Origin: Squalus acanthias
Taxonomy: Eukaryota
NCBI GenBank assembly: GCA_030390025.1
Contig: CM059431.1
Span: 95,606,001-95,670,000 of the forward strand
DNA length: 64,000 bases
Reading direction: 5' to 3'
Part shown: positions 63,837-64,000 of the stretch, in pieces
Numbering within the stretch: the first letter of the stretch is position 1
Layout of the letters: each line of letters starts with the position of its first letter
The notes under the pieces: model-generated
Database searches by the model: none
The model's input: the letters and a program-made list of their open reading frames with translations, nothing else
What the model was told of the DNA's origin: nothing
Made by a program: the position numbers and the translations under genes

Positions 63837-64000
63837 TTTGTGTTTGTTTTACAACACTCCAATCATCTGGCGATTCTTAAAACAATTTGGGGTAGGTGGA
63901 TGTAGCTCGGGAATGCAACACTGCATCTTTTTATTCTACTTATTGACTTAACTAGCAACAAGCTACTTGAAATCCGACAGCACAGCAAATTCAGAATCCT

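Noticed and set aside
60914..64000. First coding exon of BCL9 (MHSSNPK...)
   Set aside because: No convincing match; an acceptor-like site near 62130 (-) has no supporting coding signal.

Overview
Vertebrate genomic DNA, most likely from a cartilaginous fish (inferred from dense CR1 LINEs, Deu-domain SINEs and Penelope-type ends). Most of the window lies in introns of a minus-strand BCL9 gene. Two coding exons are visible (60585-60913 and 20709-20907), separated by a ~39.7 kb intron. The rest is mostly nested transposable elements: many CR1 fragments (one near full length with a 5' tandem-repeat array), L2 and another LINE, SINEs, and a pol-less ERV-like LTR element with a tRNA-His-like PBS. 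There is also an unusual cluster of PIF/Harbinger transposons: four two-gene copies (spliced Myb/SANT gene plus convergent HARBI1-type DDE transposase) and five non-autonomous derivatives. The most notable observations are: (1) a near-intact autonomous Harbinger (39641-43819) at the centre of a five-level nest; (2) a recurring ATA/ANW-type target duplication instead of the canonical TWA; (3) two Penelope-associated minimal hammerhead ribozyme motifs; (4) an inverted CR1 pair sharing disabling mutations. Family names come from motif recognition only; no searches or alignments were run. I see no clear evidence of a wholly new gene system beyond these candidates.
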